A stretch of DNA of 37,512 nt from Octopus bimaculoides (taxonomy: Eukaryota): assembly GCF_001194135.2 (NCBI RefSeq), contig NC_068990.1:6391152-6428663 (forward strand). Direction: 5' to 3'. Of this stretch, positions 11,549-24,408 are shown in pieces (position 1 is the first letter of the stretch; each line of letters begins with the position of its first letter). Below the pieces are notes generated by a model. That model did no database searches. It was not told the DNA's origin and saw only the letters and a program-made list of their open reading frames with translations. The position numbers and the translations under genes were made by a program.

Positions 11549-11679
11549 ACACAGATCTTCATAATGTAATTAAACGTGGAAATATTCTTAAAGATGTTCA
11601 CAAGCGCTATATTATGTATCAGTTATTTAAAGCAACCAAATACTTACATTCTGGCAATGTTATTCATAGGGATCAGAAG
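11549..11679 (+). CDS. MAPK15: MAPK15 coding exon 4 (131 nt, phase 1/0): (D)[43 protein letters not shown]
   Basis: Long polypyrimidine tract ending tattttag, and donor gtattt. The catalytic loop is HRDQK, the form characteristic of MAPK15 rather than HRDLK. Confidence 0.97.
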
Positions 11680-12375
11680 GTATTTTCTTTAAAATCTTTC
11701 CAGACATGTATGTTATCTTCACTATTTATCTCACATATGTTTGTTTACTATTCACCTAATTTTTAAAATTGTTTATTCAATCATCGTTATTGTTGACATC
11801 CATTTTTCCACGATGACATGGATTTGACAGCTTTTCTCAAGTCCTCTTAACCTTGGTTGTCTCAGCTGTCAGTCCAACTGTCCTAACATCTAACCTCATC
11901 ACTTTGTTCCATGTCTTATTTGATTTGATCTTTCTTTATTTACAAACAGCACATTTTCACATAATAAATTTTGTCTCACTACCATGAAACTTCATACACC
12001 TTACAGACTGTTTTTGTTCAGAATTAATCTCATCTGCTAAAATTAAACTACCTTTTCTTTTCTTCAAAAAGAGATTCCCTATTTTCTACATTCATTACTT
12101 GTCCACTAATCTCTCCCCACCTACACACACACACACACACCGAATGCTTCAAAATATTTCTGTTCACACTGCTAACAATGAAATAGAAATTTTAACTGCT
12201 TCTTAGCTATTTTCATGTACTTATTTATTTTCATCTGCTTATTTATTTCTTCATAAATTTCAGTGTAATTTTCCTGTAGAAAGAGAAAAAAAGAAGAATT
12301 CTCAAGCACATGCATTATAGCTCAAAGAATCTCTAAAATTCCCAAATTCATGTTATTTAGAACAAAGAATCTCTA

Positions 12376-12689
12376 NNNNNNNNNNNNNNNNNNNNNNNNN
12401 NNNNNNNNNNNNNNNNNNNNNNNNNNNNNNNNNNNNNNNNNNNNNNNNNNNNNNNNNNNNNNNNNNNNNNNNNNNNNNNNNNNNNNNNNNNNNNNNNNNN
12501 NNNNNNNNNNNNNNNNNNNNNNNNNNNNNNNNNNNNNNNNNNNNNNNNNNNNNNNNNNNNNNNNNNNNNNNNNNNNNNNNNNNNNNNNNNNNNNNNNNNN
12601 NNNNNNNNNNNNNNNNNNNNNNNNNNNNNNNNNNNNNNNNNNNNNNNNNNNNNNNNNNNNNNNNNNNNNNNNNNNNNNNNNNNNNNNNN
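12376..12689. other. Assembly gap (314 N)
   Basis: Run of N. Other gaps are at 8728-8737, 26335-26417, 31681-31690 and 34500-34509. Confidence 0.99.
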
Positions 12690-13272
12690 TCATTAAGTTT
12701 CTATGCCATCTCTCGCATAGGTGTTTTTTTTTCCTGGTTTAATCCATTGTTGATTCTTTTTATCCTTCAGAGAGAGAGAGAGAGAGAGTCAACCTAACAC
12801 AAAAACGAATTGATTAAAAATAAAGGCATATCAGGGCTATTTTACAAATAGTTACATGAAATCAGTCCGAATAATAATAAAAAAAAAAAAGCAGCTGTTT
12901 AAATTCCCTGAAGTTTCCATTCTGTTATATTGTGTAACAAAGCACAAAAGCATAAATTAATCTAATTTCAAGAAAAATATAGGTAGAACTAACCTGATAT
13001 ATCATCATGATAGCAAAGTTACTGCTTTTAAAACAATTTTCAGCAAAGAAGTGCATGAATAAAATTCCCAAATTATAAACAAATTATTCATATTGATTAA
13101 CTTGAATTCTATTCTATTTCTATCTTAATTTCCTCTACAACTATTTATAAACATTACCAACATTAAGTTGAATATTAATTACTAATTCAATATTTGTGTA
13201 AGGCATCAACCTTACTATTACATTCACCATCTCTAATACTCAATAATAAATTTCAATAAACTTCTATTTCAG

Positions 13273-13439
13273 CCATCGAATATTCTATTAAATAGTGATT
13301 GTCTGGTAAAGCTATGTGATTTTGGCTTAGCAAGATCTATATCTCAAATTGGGAAAGATGAGACAGGTGACCCAAATTTAACAGAATATGTTGCAACTCG
13401 ATGGTATCGTGCACCAGAGATTCTCCTTGGATCTCATAA
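13273..13439 (+). CDS. MAPK15: MAPK15 coding exon 5 (167 nt, phase 0/2): [55 protein letters not shown]
   Basis: Acceptor ctatttcag and donor gtaagt. Contains DFG, the TEY activation motif and APE. Confidence 0.98.
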
Positions 13440-13460
13440 GTAAGTAATTATTTTTCTATT

Positions 13461-13780
13461 GGCTTAGTGGTTAGAGTGTTGGGCTAGTTTGGTTTCCGGA
13501 CTGGGCTATGTGTTATGTTCTTGAGCAAGACACCCTATTTCATATTGCTCCAGTTCACCCAGCTATAGAAATGATTTGTGACATCACTGGTGCCAAGCTG
13601 TATCGGCCTTTGCCTTTCCCAAGGATAACATTGGTGGCATGGAGAGGGGAGGCTGGTATGCATAGGCGACTGCTGGTCTTCCATAAACAACCTTGCGTAG
13701 ACTTATGCCTCAGAGGGTAACTTTCTAGATGCAATCCCATGGTCATTCATGACCAAAGGGAGTCTCTATCCTTTTACCCT
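13461..13780 (+). mobile_element. SINE family A, 5'-damaged
   Basis: Starts GGCTTAGTGGTTAGAGTGTTGGGC with a deletion before the B-box region. The body aligns with the other family A copies. Confidence 0.85.
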
Positions 13781-14042
13781 ATCTGTTCATATACTTAAAA
13801 TAATATATCTTAAACTGAGAGTATTTGTATATTTATTTTTGTATGTGTATATGTGTGTGTATATGAACGGTTTGTGTTTTTAAACAGAATGTATTTTTTC
13901 TGATGTTATATTTATTCCTGAATGATGTGTAAAGAAATTTTGATTTAAGCCTCTTAATGAATTCTTTATACTGAAATATATATTGAAGAAGATAAATATG
14001 TTCTTTTGAATTTATACGTTTTTGCGTCGTAACTCCTTTATT

Positions 14043-14074
<32 letters not shown>

Positions 14075-14269
14075 TATATACGTGTTCATATAATGATATC
14101 TACACAATGTATTAGTGAGATAAAACATGTAATCGTTACCAAAATAGCAAAAATTCGTCCACAAAGGTCTATAGTAAACTCCTTATGGATATCGATCTCC
14201 TTGGTTATATATCAAAAATTTAAATAAGAGTTTTGATGCTAATATCCATTTATATTAAAGTTTATTACC

Positions 14270-14462
14270 TCATCATCATCATCATCGTCGTTTAACGTCC
14301 GCTTTCCATGCTAGCATGGGTTGGACGATTTGACTGAGGACTGGTGAAACCGGATGGCAACACCAGGCTCCAATCCAATTTGGCAGAGTTTCTACAGCTG
14401 GATGCCCTTCCTAACGTCAACCACTTTGAGAGTGTAGTGGGTGCTTTTACGTGTCACCCGCA
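14270..14462 (-). mobile_element. RTE-tail retroposon (family C)
   Basis: (CAT)n CGTTTAACGTCCGCTTTCCATGCTAGCATGGGTTGGACG..., the reverse complement of the family C 3' end. Confidence 0.85.
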
Positions 14463-14819
14463 CAAGTGAGATCCAGGTAAACATATGTGGCTCATTGGTC
14501 ATCACCCTTCAACTCTGCCCACCCTTTTTACAGTTGCTGGCTGTCTCCATTCAAGTCACAATGTAAAGTCCTCTTTCCATGGGATATCATCACGACCTTC
14601 ACAGGAAGAGAGAATACCATAATATAAAAAAAAAAAATGCAAGCATTCATACTCAATCAATATGTTGTATAGAAACACAGCAGATCAAAAAAAAAAGAAA
14701 AAATGATGAAAGGTTCAAAAATACCTGACATTAAATAAAACAGGTTACAGAGGCTGTAGGAATACAAGAAGTAAGTACTGACCCCATTACACCCACTCAA
14801 TAAAAGGAATGAATAGGGG

Positions 14820-15000
14820 ATGAGCAGGCAGAATTGTTAGCATGTCAGGAAGAATGCTTAGCGACCTTTGTCTGTGTTTACATTCTGGATTCAAATGCTA
14901 CTGAGGTTGACTTTGCCTTTCATCCTTACAGGGTTGATAAAATAAGTACCAGTTGAGTACTGGGGTCGATGTAATTGACTTACTCATTCTCCCAAAATTC
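14820..15000 (+). mobile_element. SINE family E
   Basis: GGCAGAATTGTTAGC head plus core GACTTTGCCTTTCATCCTTACAGGGTTGATAAAATAAGTACCAGTTG. The core resembles the Meta-SINE-type domain (inference). Confidence 0.7.
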
Positions 15001-15586
15001 AAAATATAAAAGGAAAATGAATAAAAACCAAAATTTATGCCTCATCTTCAGTCCTCATACTTGCCATAAGATGTAACATAACAACATAAACACAGAGGGA
15101 AAATGAATTGTCAAATGTAAATCATTTAAAAATGTAAACCATTTAAAAAGAGCAAAGTAGTGACAAAAATTTTCTGAGAAAAGAAAAAAAGTATAATGAA
15201 AAATAACCATTAAGTTTGTTTATAGGTCTTAATGGCTCTTCTGAAATATGACAATATTGCTTTTCAACATAGATTCAAATCAAAATTTTTGCCAAATAAA
15301 TTCAAAAACAAAATGTATTTCCTTTCATTTTCAGGAACAATATATATAAAAATAAGATTAAATAAAAATATAATATGCTTATAAAAGTTTACATTTTTTG
15401 TTACAGAAGATGCAAAACTGAAAAAGCAAAAAACAAGGAAACTAAAATTGTGAACTTTTGGATATAATGCAATGGTTATTTAAACTGTGCTATGTATGAT
15501 TTACTTAAAGTCATTAATGCTTGTACAATTTTTTATTATCTCATGCAATATGAATTGTAACAAGATTTGTTACTAGTCCAAAATTA

Positions 15587-15940
15587 GTGAAGGTGCAAAA
15601 CTCAGCGGTTAGAGTGTTGGGCTCATAATCACGAGGTAGTCAGTTCGATTCTCAGACTAGGCTATGTATTATGTTCTGGAGCAAGGCACTTTATTTCACG
15701 TTGCTCCAGTCCACTCAGCTGTAGAAATGAGTTGTGACGTCACCGGTGCCAAGTTATATCAGCCTTTGCCTTTCCCTCAGATAACATTAGTGGAATGGAG
15801 AGAGGAGGTTGGTATGCATGGGTGACTGTTGGTCTTCCATAAACAACCTTGCCAAGACTTGTGCCTCAGAGGGGAACTTTCTAGATGCAATCCCATGATC
15901 ATTCATGACTGAAGGGGCTCTTTACATTCACTTTTGTTTT
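15587..15940 (+). mobile_element. SINE family A, full length
   Basis: A-box and B-box head (CTCAGCGGTTAGAG...GTTCGATTCTC). Diverged TSD TAGTCCAAAA(T/C)TA at 15574-15586 and 15941-15953. Confidence 0.85.
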
Positions 15941-16155
15941 TAGTCCAAAACTAATGTAAGTTTTGAAATCAGCTCTCCTCAATATCCTTCCTGAAACAAG
16001 TGTTACTAATTACTCAACAAAGTCAAACAGTATGATTTGATACGTTAAAGTTTTTATAAAATGTTTTTTAATGATTTATCTTGCCCTTTTATAAGACTTT
16101 TATTTATATTTTTGCATGAGTATAATGCTTTTATTATTGGCTATTTTACTTTTAG

Positions 16156-16295
16156 GTATACAAAAGGTGTTGACATGTGGAGCCTTGGTTGTATTTTAGG
16201 AGAAATGTTAACTGGAAAGCCACTGTTCCCAGGGTCCTCTACAATTAATCAAATTGAAGTAATCATGTCAACCATTCAGCCACCTAAACAAGAAG
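16156..16295 (+). CDS. MAPK15: MAPK15 coding exon 6 (140 nt, phase 2/1): (K)[46 protein letters not shown]
   Basis: Acceptor acttttag and donor gtaaat. Kinase subdomains IX-X. Lies inside ORF-track entry 16061-16396. Confidence 0.97.
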
Positions 16296-16509
16296 GTAAA
16301 TATGTTAGTTTAGTTTATTTTGCAATCATTTCATTCTGGAAGTCACCGCAAAAATTATCTTCAACCATTGTGAGAATCTTTAAGAACCATATATGATTCT
16401 TGTCAGTGTAACAATCTGTCTATATTAGTAGAAATTCCATATAGAATAATTATTACATTTGACTGATTTATAAGACTACATGAACTTGTAATACTATTCT
16501 TTCTTTTGC

Positions 16510-18175
16510 ATTGTGGATCAGTTCTATGCTGGAATCGGTTGGATGGTTTGACCAGGGCTGGCCAGCTGGAGGGCTGCACCAGGTTCCAGTCTGATTTGGC
16601 TTGGTTCTTATGGCTGGATGCTCTTCCTAGCGCCAACAACTTTACAGTGTGTGTTGGGTGTTTCTAACGTGGCACCGACACAAATGCTTTTACATGGTGC
16701 TGGCATGAGTGCTTTTTTTAAGGCACTAGCACAAAGCTCTTGTAGGCCAATCCTCTTCATCAGGGGAAGTGGTCTTAACATTTCTGCAATGGAGGATGGG
16801 TCCTCTTGTGTACAGTAAGGTGGCAGGTTTCTTGGTCCTTTGTCATCTTGTCTGAAAGGTTCAGCATCCAGAGGTCATCCTTCAGTACTTCAGCTTCATG
16901 TCTACATGGGTTTCCCTCTTCCACATGTTCCATCCACTTTGAAAGAGATCAGCTCTCCTTTTTGAAGCTGTTAACATCCATCTGCATCACATGAGTAAAC
17001 CAGCACAGTCTTCTCTCTTGCACACTGCATCTAATTCCTCTTATGCCTGACTTCTCTCTCAATACACTAGCACTCTGTCACACATGTACACATACATTGC
17101 ACATCCGAGCATACTAGCCTCATTCCTCTCCAGCCTTCACAAGCCCTTTGCATTCAGAGCATGTTTTTCACTACCATGTAAACTTACTGTTCATATACAT
17201 GCATCATAGAGAAAGAGATCTTTGGTTGCCAACAGAGGTAAAAGTTCTTTGAATTTTCTCTATCCTATTCTTATTCTAGCTGTTACACTTTCTATACATC
17301 TCCCTTCACTACTAATTTGGTCTCCTATGTAACAGAAATTATCCCCTGCCTCTAATGAGATTCTAAGGCATTTGAGAAAATCAATTTCCTGAGTATCTGT
17401 AGCTTTTATGGCTCCTGTGCATCTTCCATGTATGAATACTACTTTCTCTGACAACCTTCCTATCATTCCACTGAATCTCTTGTGTGTCCATAGCTAGCAC
17501 TGGGTACACCATATGGAATTCCTGCCTACACCTTTCCTACAAATCAAGCAGACCTGAAGTAAGTAGGGTCCTGTCTGTTCTGTCTTATTTACTAGAACCT
17601 TAGTCTATGCTAAGTTAACCTTAAGGCCCTTAGATTCCAGGTTTTGCTTCCACACCTGGAATTTCTTTTTTAGCTCTCATATAGAATTTGCTATGAGGGC
17701 AAGATCATCACAATATAGTAGTTCTCAGGGGCTGCCAGCCCTTTGGTCTGAAGGACAATGATGAAATGGAAAGGACTATGAAATGGAAAGGACTGAGAAC
17801 TGAGCCTTGATGAATGCCTTCCTCCACACCAGATTCTTCACTACACTCATGGTTAACTCATAACTCTCACCTTACTAACAGCTTCTCTGTACATGGCCTG
17901 TAGAGCTTTCACAAGCCCTTCATCTACCCCTAGCCTCCTCATAGCCCACCATATCACACAACAGGGTACACTATCAAAGGCTTTCTTTAAATCAACAAAT
18001 GCCAAGTATAAAAGTTTATTCTTAGCTAAGTACTTCACTTGCAGTTGCTTGACTATGAAGATAGCATCATTAGAGCTTGTTCTTGGGGCAAAGCTAAGCT
18101 GCGTTTCATGTAGCTTAATTCTAGTCCTTATCATTCGAACTATAACTCTCTCCGTAATTTTCATCACCTAAATAA
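16510..18175 (-). mobile_element. 5'-truncated RTE LINE (RT through 3' UTR)
   Basis: ORF 17853-18167 has DAIFIVKQLQVKYLAKNKLLYLAFVDLKKAFDSVP. Further RT pieces follow at 17260-17466, then a C-terminal ERRLCWFTHVMQMD...GRGKP, and a 3' UTR homologous to family C tails. Confidence 0.9.
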
Positions 18176-18594
18176 CTGATTGTATAGGTAATTTAGTTAT
18201 CGTAATTTTATATTATTTTAGTCATCTGCAGATATTTGTCTGTATTCTCTGCTCTTTACAATGAAATATTTTCCATGATTATTGCTTGCTAAACTTTTGA
18301 ACCTGGAAAAACTATTTCAACTATAGTTATAACTTTTTATATAACTTACAAGCAGTGATGTTTTACAAAGAAAACTTCAATTGGAAATGGTGTTCGCCTC
18401 AAACCAATGAATACATGAAATGCTTGCAACAGAGTAAACTCCACTAAAGAGAACCAGGTGGTGGTGTTACACTATGTAGATGTTAAACTCCTCAGTAGAC
18501 TAACCAATAGAAAAAAATGTTATGGTAATTAATTATAGAATAGAAAGGTTTGCTTTATAAATCTGCTAAAATCACTTATCCTTTTTTTCCCCAG

Positions 18595-18652
18595 ATATTG
18601 ACAGTCTCAAAACTATGTATGGTGCATCTATTTTAGAGAAAGCTCAATTAAG
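18595..18652 (+). CDS. MAPK15: MAPK15 coding exon 7 (58 nt, phase 1/2): (D)IDSLKTMYGASILEKAQL(R)
   Basis: Acceptor cctttttttccccag and donor gtaaga. Phases match both neighbours. Encodes the MAPK insert region. Confidence 0.93.
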
Positions 18653-20122
18653 GTAAGAAAATTATATTAAATTATATTTTTGTAAGCATTCTATGATTGA
18701 CTGATGTAGGAAATTTGTTTTATCTTTTAGTTTTGTTGTTAATTTCTTACTCTGTAAGTACTTAATTGACACTGTAACCAAATGCATTGCACTTTAATTT
18801 CTTAAGTTGTGTTTGGAAATAAAATAACAGTCATAAAATTTGAGGCACTTAAGATAGAATAAAATATTTTACTATATTTCAAAATTATTTGTAGCTTATT
18901 CAGAGACACATAAGGCAAAAAACAAGAAAGCTGTTGTCAGCTGGTTTTGATTTCCCTACAAACATTGTCAAAACAGAGTTTGTTTAGATGTTGCCTGCTT
19001 CTAAGCATCTTAGCTGGATAATAAAATGGACTTTCATCTGGTTTTAGTGATGAACATATACTGAATTACTTATTCATTGTATTAGCATGTAAATGGCTGA
19101 GTGTTCCACAAACACATATACTCTTCAGAATATTATTCTCAAGTAGAAATGTGAGAAGTCTAGACCTTCGAATTACAACGTCAATCCATCAGATGCGCTT
19201 TGAAATAATTTCTTGTTACTCAATTTTATTCACAAGTCTTAGTCAACCTAAAGTTATGGTAAAGGGTGCCAAAATTGCTTTGTAGTCAGGTTGAACTTGA
19301 ACCTCATGATTGTGGAGCAAACATCCAAAACCATCTAAGTATGCCACTAAAGCTATGTTTACTTCCCTCTTTGCAATACTATTTTACATTTTTCTTTGTG
19401 CTGATGGTAAACTTCAACATTTTATCCTCCTCTTATAGGAGTATTTTGTCTTGCTTGAATATGAGTTTCAACTTCCTTTATGATTTCTTCAAAAGCAGAA
19501 ACATGTTTTACTGTACCTCGATTTTCTTTCTAAAATTTCTTTGGATATTCTGATATTTGAAATGCCGCTGCAAGATTTCCTCTTCCACATTTTGCGCATC
19601 AGACTGAGTCAGTAATCCATATTATCTTTACTATTGCTGTTCTTATTGTAAACAGTTTAAGAGAATAGAGGCAGGCGAGCTATTGAAGTATGAAAGATTG
19701 TTGTTTTATAGGGTTTTTCTTTTGGTGAATGTACAAGAGACCGGGAAAGGCCATTTAGAAAGCTTTCATAATGATGGGAAGACAATTTAGATAAACTATT
19801 TGGGTAAAAAGTGATGCAATCAAGAAAGAATTGGAAGTGCAATGTAACTGGCAATATATTGTAGCATTTGATGGTCTGGTTTATAAATTAGACATATCTG
19901 CAAAACAGCTCTTTAACTCTGCTATTATGTTATCTATTAACCTTAATATTCTTAAATTTGGCCTAAACATTTCTTGTGCTTTTTTGGACTCCATGTAGTT
20001 GTTATCAGTTACTCCTATGTAGCAGATACATAAAATGTTCTGGCACCTTACCAGTCTTTCATGAATATCCTTATACTTTTATGTGCAACTGATTTTACTG
20101 AATAAATGCCTTTTTTCATGAT

Positions 20123-20418
20123 GAGCGAGATCATTGCCAGTGGCCCTGGACTGGCTCTTGTGCGGGTGGCACATAAAATACACCATTTTGAGCATGGCCG
20201 TTGCCAGTACCGCCTGACTGGCCTTTGTACCAGTGGCACGTAAAAGCACCCACTACACTCTCTGAGTGGTTGGCGTTAGGAAGGGCATCCAGCTGTAGAA
20301 ACTCTGCCAAATCAGATTGGAGCCTGGTGTAGCTATCTGGTTCACCAGTCCTCAGTCAAATTGTCCAACCCATGCTAGCATGGAAAGCGGACGTTAAATG
20401 ACGATGATGAGGATGATG
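20123..20418 (+). mobile_element. RTE-tail retroposon (family C)
   Basis: Nearly the same 3' 200 bp as 8548-8921, with a (GAT)n tail. Confidence 0.85.
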
Positions 20419-20968
20419 AATAAAACTGCTTCCAAAATGATATTAAAGTTCACTACTTTCTGTTACTGATGAACACCCAGATGTTAGTAGTGTTAACTAT
20501 TAGTCTTCATCACTTTAGACTTGGATTTTGAGTCTACTTGTCTGTATCTTTTTAGGCCATGATTAAGTCAGTTGGACCTAAACAGTAAGTGAAAAGTAGC
20601 ATGGCTAATTTTCCTCTTGCATGTGGTGTAGATGGCTAAAGGATTTGCATCACAGAACTTCTTGAGTTTTGTTTCCTTTCCCTTATCTAATAATCACAGT
20701 CTCTGTATTCAGGATAGCCATCTCAATGTTTGCCAGATTTTCCATTAAAATTATAAATAATGTTAATATTTAGCTATTTTTGTGGTAATTTGCAAAAGTG
20801 TCTTATAGAACTGGTCATTTTACTCATTCAGTAAACCTACAGGTGGGAAATATGTGAGAGATTACAGTAGCCAATCTGCTGAGTTTTTCTATATAACACT
20901 TGCAGTTTGACTAGTTTGAATTTTTTAGCACTATAACTATATTCAATCATGTTCTGATTCCTACTTAA

Positions 20969-21346
20969 ACTTTTAACATTCAGATTACTCCGTCAAAGGT
21001 AATGCTTATGTATTTACATTGTTTAAAATTAATCATGCATTATCTCGTAACTTTGTAACTTCAATAATATAATTATTCATTTTTAGAATGACATTGTAAG
21101 GTAGGTGTAAGAGGCTGGATCTAGCCAGTTTGGACATAAAACAGGTTCAATATTTGGGCCGTTCTGAGTTCAAATTCCGCCATGGCCGACTTTGTCTTTC
21201 ATCCTTTCAGTGTCGATAAATTAAGTACCAGTTGCATACTGGGTCGATCTAATTGACTGGCCCCCCCTCCCCCCAAATTTTGGGTTTTGTGCCTAGAGTA
21301 GAAAAGAATATTTGGGCCAGATATGACCAGTTTAAATGCTAAAGGG
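20969..21346. mobile_element. piggyBac-type MITE interrupted by a SINE
   Basis: TTAA at 20965-20968 and 21347-21350. Right end ...AATGCTAAAGGG|TTAA and decayed left end ACTTTTAACATT. Confidence 0.7.
21161..21306 (+). mobile_element. 5'-truncated SINE family E nested in the piggyBac MITE
   Basis: Family E core flanked by a perfect 12-bp TSD AATATTTGGGCC at 21149-21160 and 21307-21318. Confidence 0.8.
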
Positions 21347-21964
21347 TTAAGTTGCTTTTAATTAAACTTTTTTTATGCTAAAATGGTTTTAAAAACATCT
21401 TAGTCTGATCTCCAGATTGAACTTCTGTTTGTTGATAAAGGAGTTATATTGGGATGCGGTTTTCAGAAAAAGACTGGGTAAAATGTTTAACTTTGAGTTT
21501 GAAATAGAATAGAATAGGAATGTAAAACAAGAGGTGGAAAGGTGGATGCATTGAGTGGTCCATCGTCTGCTAGTTTAGCACAGTATGAATTGTAGTTTCA
21601 ATAGATTTGACAATTACAATAGAACTTATATGTATCCTTTCATAGTTTGTTTATCTTATTAGATGTCCGATATAAGTTTAATTTTCATCTCAATCCTGCT
21701 ACAGAAAATTAATTTTTATTTTGTTTTAAAAATATCAGTACCATTTGTGTCACACTCTATGTTTTAAATGCATATCTGTTTCTATTATCTTTATCTCTAT
21801 ATTGAAACTTTTTGACCTATTTTATTTATTCCATTCTTTGCTCATCATTCTAATTTTTATTCCCACTATTTTTCATTCTGTATATTATGTATCTCATTTA
21901 TTTTAGTGATCATTTAAAGAATTTTTCTGAAAATATATTCATTTTGTTACTTCTTATATTTCAG

Positions 21965-22099
21965 ACCAAAGAAAGAATTATCAGAAATATTAAAGGATAT
22001 ATCACCTGAAGCTGTAGATTTGGTGATGAAGTTACTACATTTCAATCCTGACAAAAGAATCACAGTAGATGAAGGCTTACAACATCCATATGTTGCCCG
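21965..22099 (+). CDS. MAPK15: MAPK15 coding exon 8 (135 nt, phase 2/2): (R)PKKELSEILKDISPEAVDLVMKLLHFNPDKRITVDEGLQHPYVA(R)
   Basis: Acceptor atattttcag and donor gtaaaa. Kinase subdomain XI (NPDKRIT...HPY). Confidence 0.96.
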
Positions 22100-22489
22100 G
22101 TAAAATGTTTTATAAAGCATATCCAGATTTATATTTCATTTTAATTTGATGCTTTTTGTTTATTTATGACACTTTTAACAAGCACCATATTTTTGTTAAG
22201 ACAAAGTTCATAAAGATATGCTGAAAACGGAGTTTAATGAGCTAAGAAAGCCTTGTTATTGCATAATGAATATATATAAATGTTTTTTAAACAGACCCCA
22301 TCATTAATAAGTTTGAAGAGCAGAACACAAGGTAGATATTTTACACTTGTTTACCTCCTTAGATTAATTAGATATCTTGATAACTTCATGTCTCTTCTGC
22401 AGTTAAGATTTAGTTTATGCTTTTTGCATAAAACATCCTTCTGCACTCAGGTTACTGGCAGGGAAATACAGCATGTGAAAGTATTTGAA

Positions 22490-23431
22490 GACGTTTGGTA
22501 ATTTGATGAAACAGCTCTAATCTAGCAAAAACTGAATGTACTTTAATAAGAATTTGTGCACAAGTTCTCGAGAAGCTTGTTTCAAGATTCTTCTATGAAT
22601 TTGCCTTCAGCTTTGATGACTGCTTCTACGTTGGACCAGAATCATTGCTGTACCTGTGCTAAAAGGTCCTCTTAGACGATGAAGGTATGATATTGTGCGG
22701 GTGTTGATTAATCTGCCTTCAGATAATGCTCTAATCTTATTAGTCTGTGGGATTTAGATTTGGTGAGTTTGGAGGCCTCAAGTTTGGTGTTACATAAAGA
22801 TTGTTTGACATCCATTCTTGGGTTATGTGGGTTTTGTGAGAAGGCGCTGCGTCTTTTTGAAACACATACACTCTCCCACAACATACTTCATTCATCCAGG
22901 GCTTCACACCTAATCTCTTGGACTTAATCCCTAGTACTCCAACATATCCAGCAGCATTAATTCTAAAACCATAATGGTCGCTGGAAACTTAGTGGGCATC
23001 ACTCTGTGAACACCAGAAGGATCTGCACATAACCATCTGTCACTTCTCCAGTTAGAGTTTTGGTCTTGGTAAAAGTTTTTCTCATCAGAGAAGAACCACA
23101 GCATGTTATGTTCATAAGATTTTTTCAGCTCATTAAGTAACCACTTAGCATAGCTCAGACAAGTTGCTTCTGTCTTAGCAGACTTGAATTGGCCTCTTCT
23201 CAGTACATGTAACTTATATTTTATCTCCTTGTGCACCAGAATTTTGAAAGTCCACTCTGACACCCCAAGTTCTTTGGTGATGGCCCTAATTGATTTTCTG
23301 GAATCATTATTGATAATGCTTTGGACCCATTGGATGAATTGTGGTATCCAAATATTTAGAATGCATTCTTCTCTTTGATACAGTAGAAACATTCCTGTCT
23401 GAGTATTATCAAAACTTTGTGTACAAAACAT
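22490..23431 (-). mobile_element. Tc1/mariner transposase fossil, maT/DD37D-like
   Basis: ORF 22931-23431 has KSIRAITKELGVSEWT (HTH) and WFFSDEKNF...RWLC...TKFPATIMVL. Downstream minus-strand sequence reads VKPWMNEV...YVFQKDAAPSHK...WMSNN...PPNSPNLNPTD (second and third catalytic motifs, degraded). Confidence 0.85.
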
Positions 23432-23907
23432 CTTGCAATATTTAGAAAGTTGGCAATTTCTAAATCACATATGGCAACAATGACTGCATACCTTATCAGT
23501 TTTTATACTAGCATTTTATCTGTCATGAGAGTAGATAAAATGCTAACCTATTTGAAGAGAGTAATTCCCCTGTATTTAAATGTCCTCAAATACCCCTTTC
23601 CCTCTATATATATATATGAATTTCTATGCATATATCTGAATACACACACACACACACACACATATACACATACAAATGTATATGTACATACACATATGCA
23701 CACACAATAAAAACAGCTGAATGGGTTATCTGGTATTGCTACAATTGTTTTGTTAAGAGTTTTTATTTTGAAGCTAGCAGAGTACAGTCGGGTATGCAGT
23801 ATGCTCAACATCCATGTTGTGTAACTCTAGTTCATCAGGTTACCATCTATGTATATATGTGTATGTGTGTGTGTTACATATTGTATTATATTTTGCTTGG
23901 GTATAGT

Positions 23908-24289
23908 GGAGGCACAATGGCCCAGTGTTTAGGGCAGTGGACTCGTGGTCATAGGATCGCGGTTTCGATTCCCAGACCGGGCGTTGTGAGTGTTTATTGA
24001 GCGAAAACACCTAAAGCTCCACGAGGCTCCAGCAGGGGATGGTGGTGAACCCTGCTGTACTCTTTCACCAATACTTTCTCTCACTCTTACTTCCTGTTTC
24101 TGTTGTGCATGTAATTCAAGGGGTCAGTCTTGTCACACTGTGTCATGCTGAATATCCCCGAGAACTACGTTAAGGGTACACGTGTCTGTGGAGTGCTCAG
24201 CCACTTGCACGTTAATTTCACGAGCAGGCTGTTCCGTTGATCGGATCAACTGGAACCCTCGATGTCGTAAGCGATGGAGTGCCAACAAC
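23908..24289 (+). mobile_element. tRNA-derived SINE, family B
   Basis: Head GGAGGCACAATGGCCCAGTGTTTAGG...GGTTTCGATTCCC and a (CAA)n tail. Near-identical over its full length to 30615-31007. Confidence 0.85.
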
Positions 24290-24408
24290 TTATGCTTTAG
24301 AGTTGTGTTTCTCAGGCATGTTTTGCTTATGGACTCCTTTCATGCATCTTTTTCTCAATGTCTAAAAACTCTTGTTATTTTTTTATAATTAAATATTATT
24401 AAGAATTA

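Noticed and set aside
12350-12742. ORF-track entries of 106 and 130 aa
   Set aside because: They consist almost entirely of the N gap.
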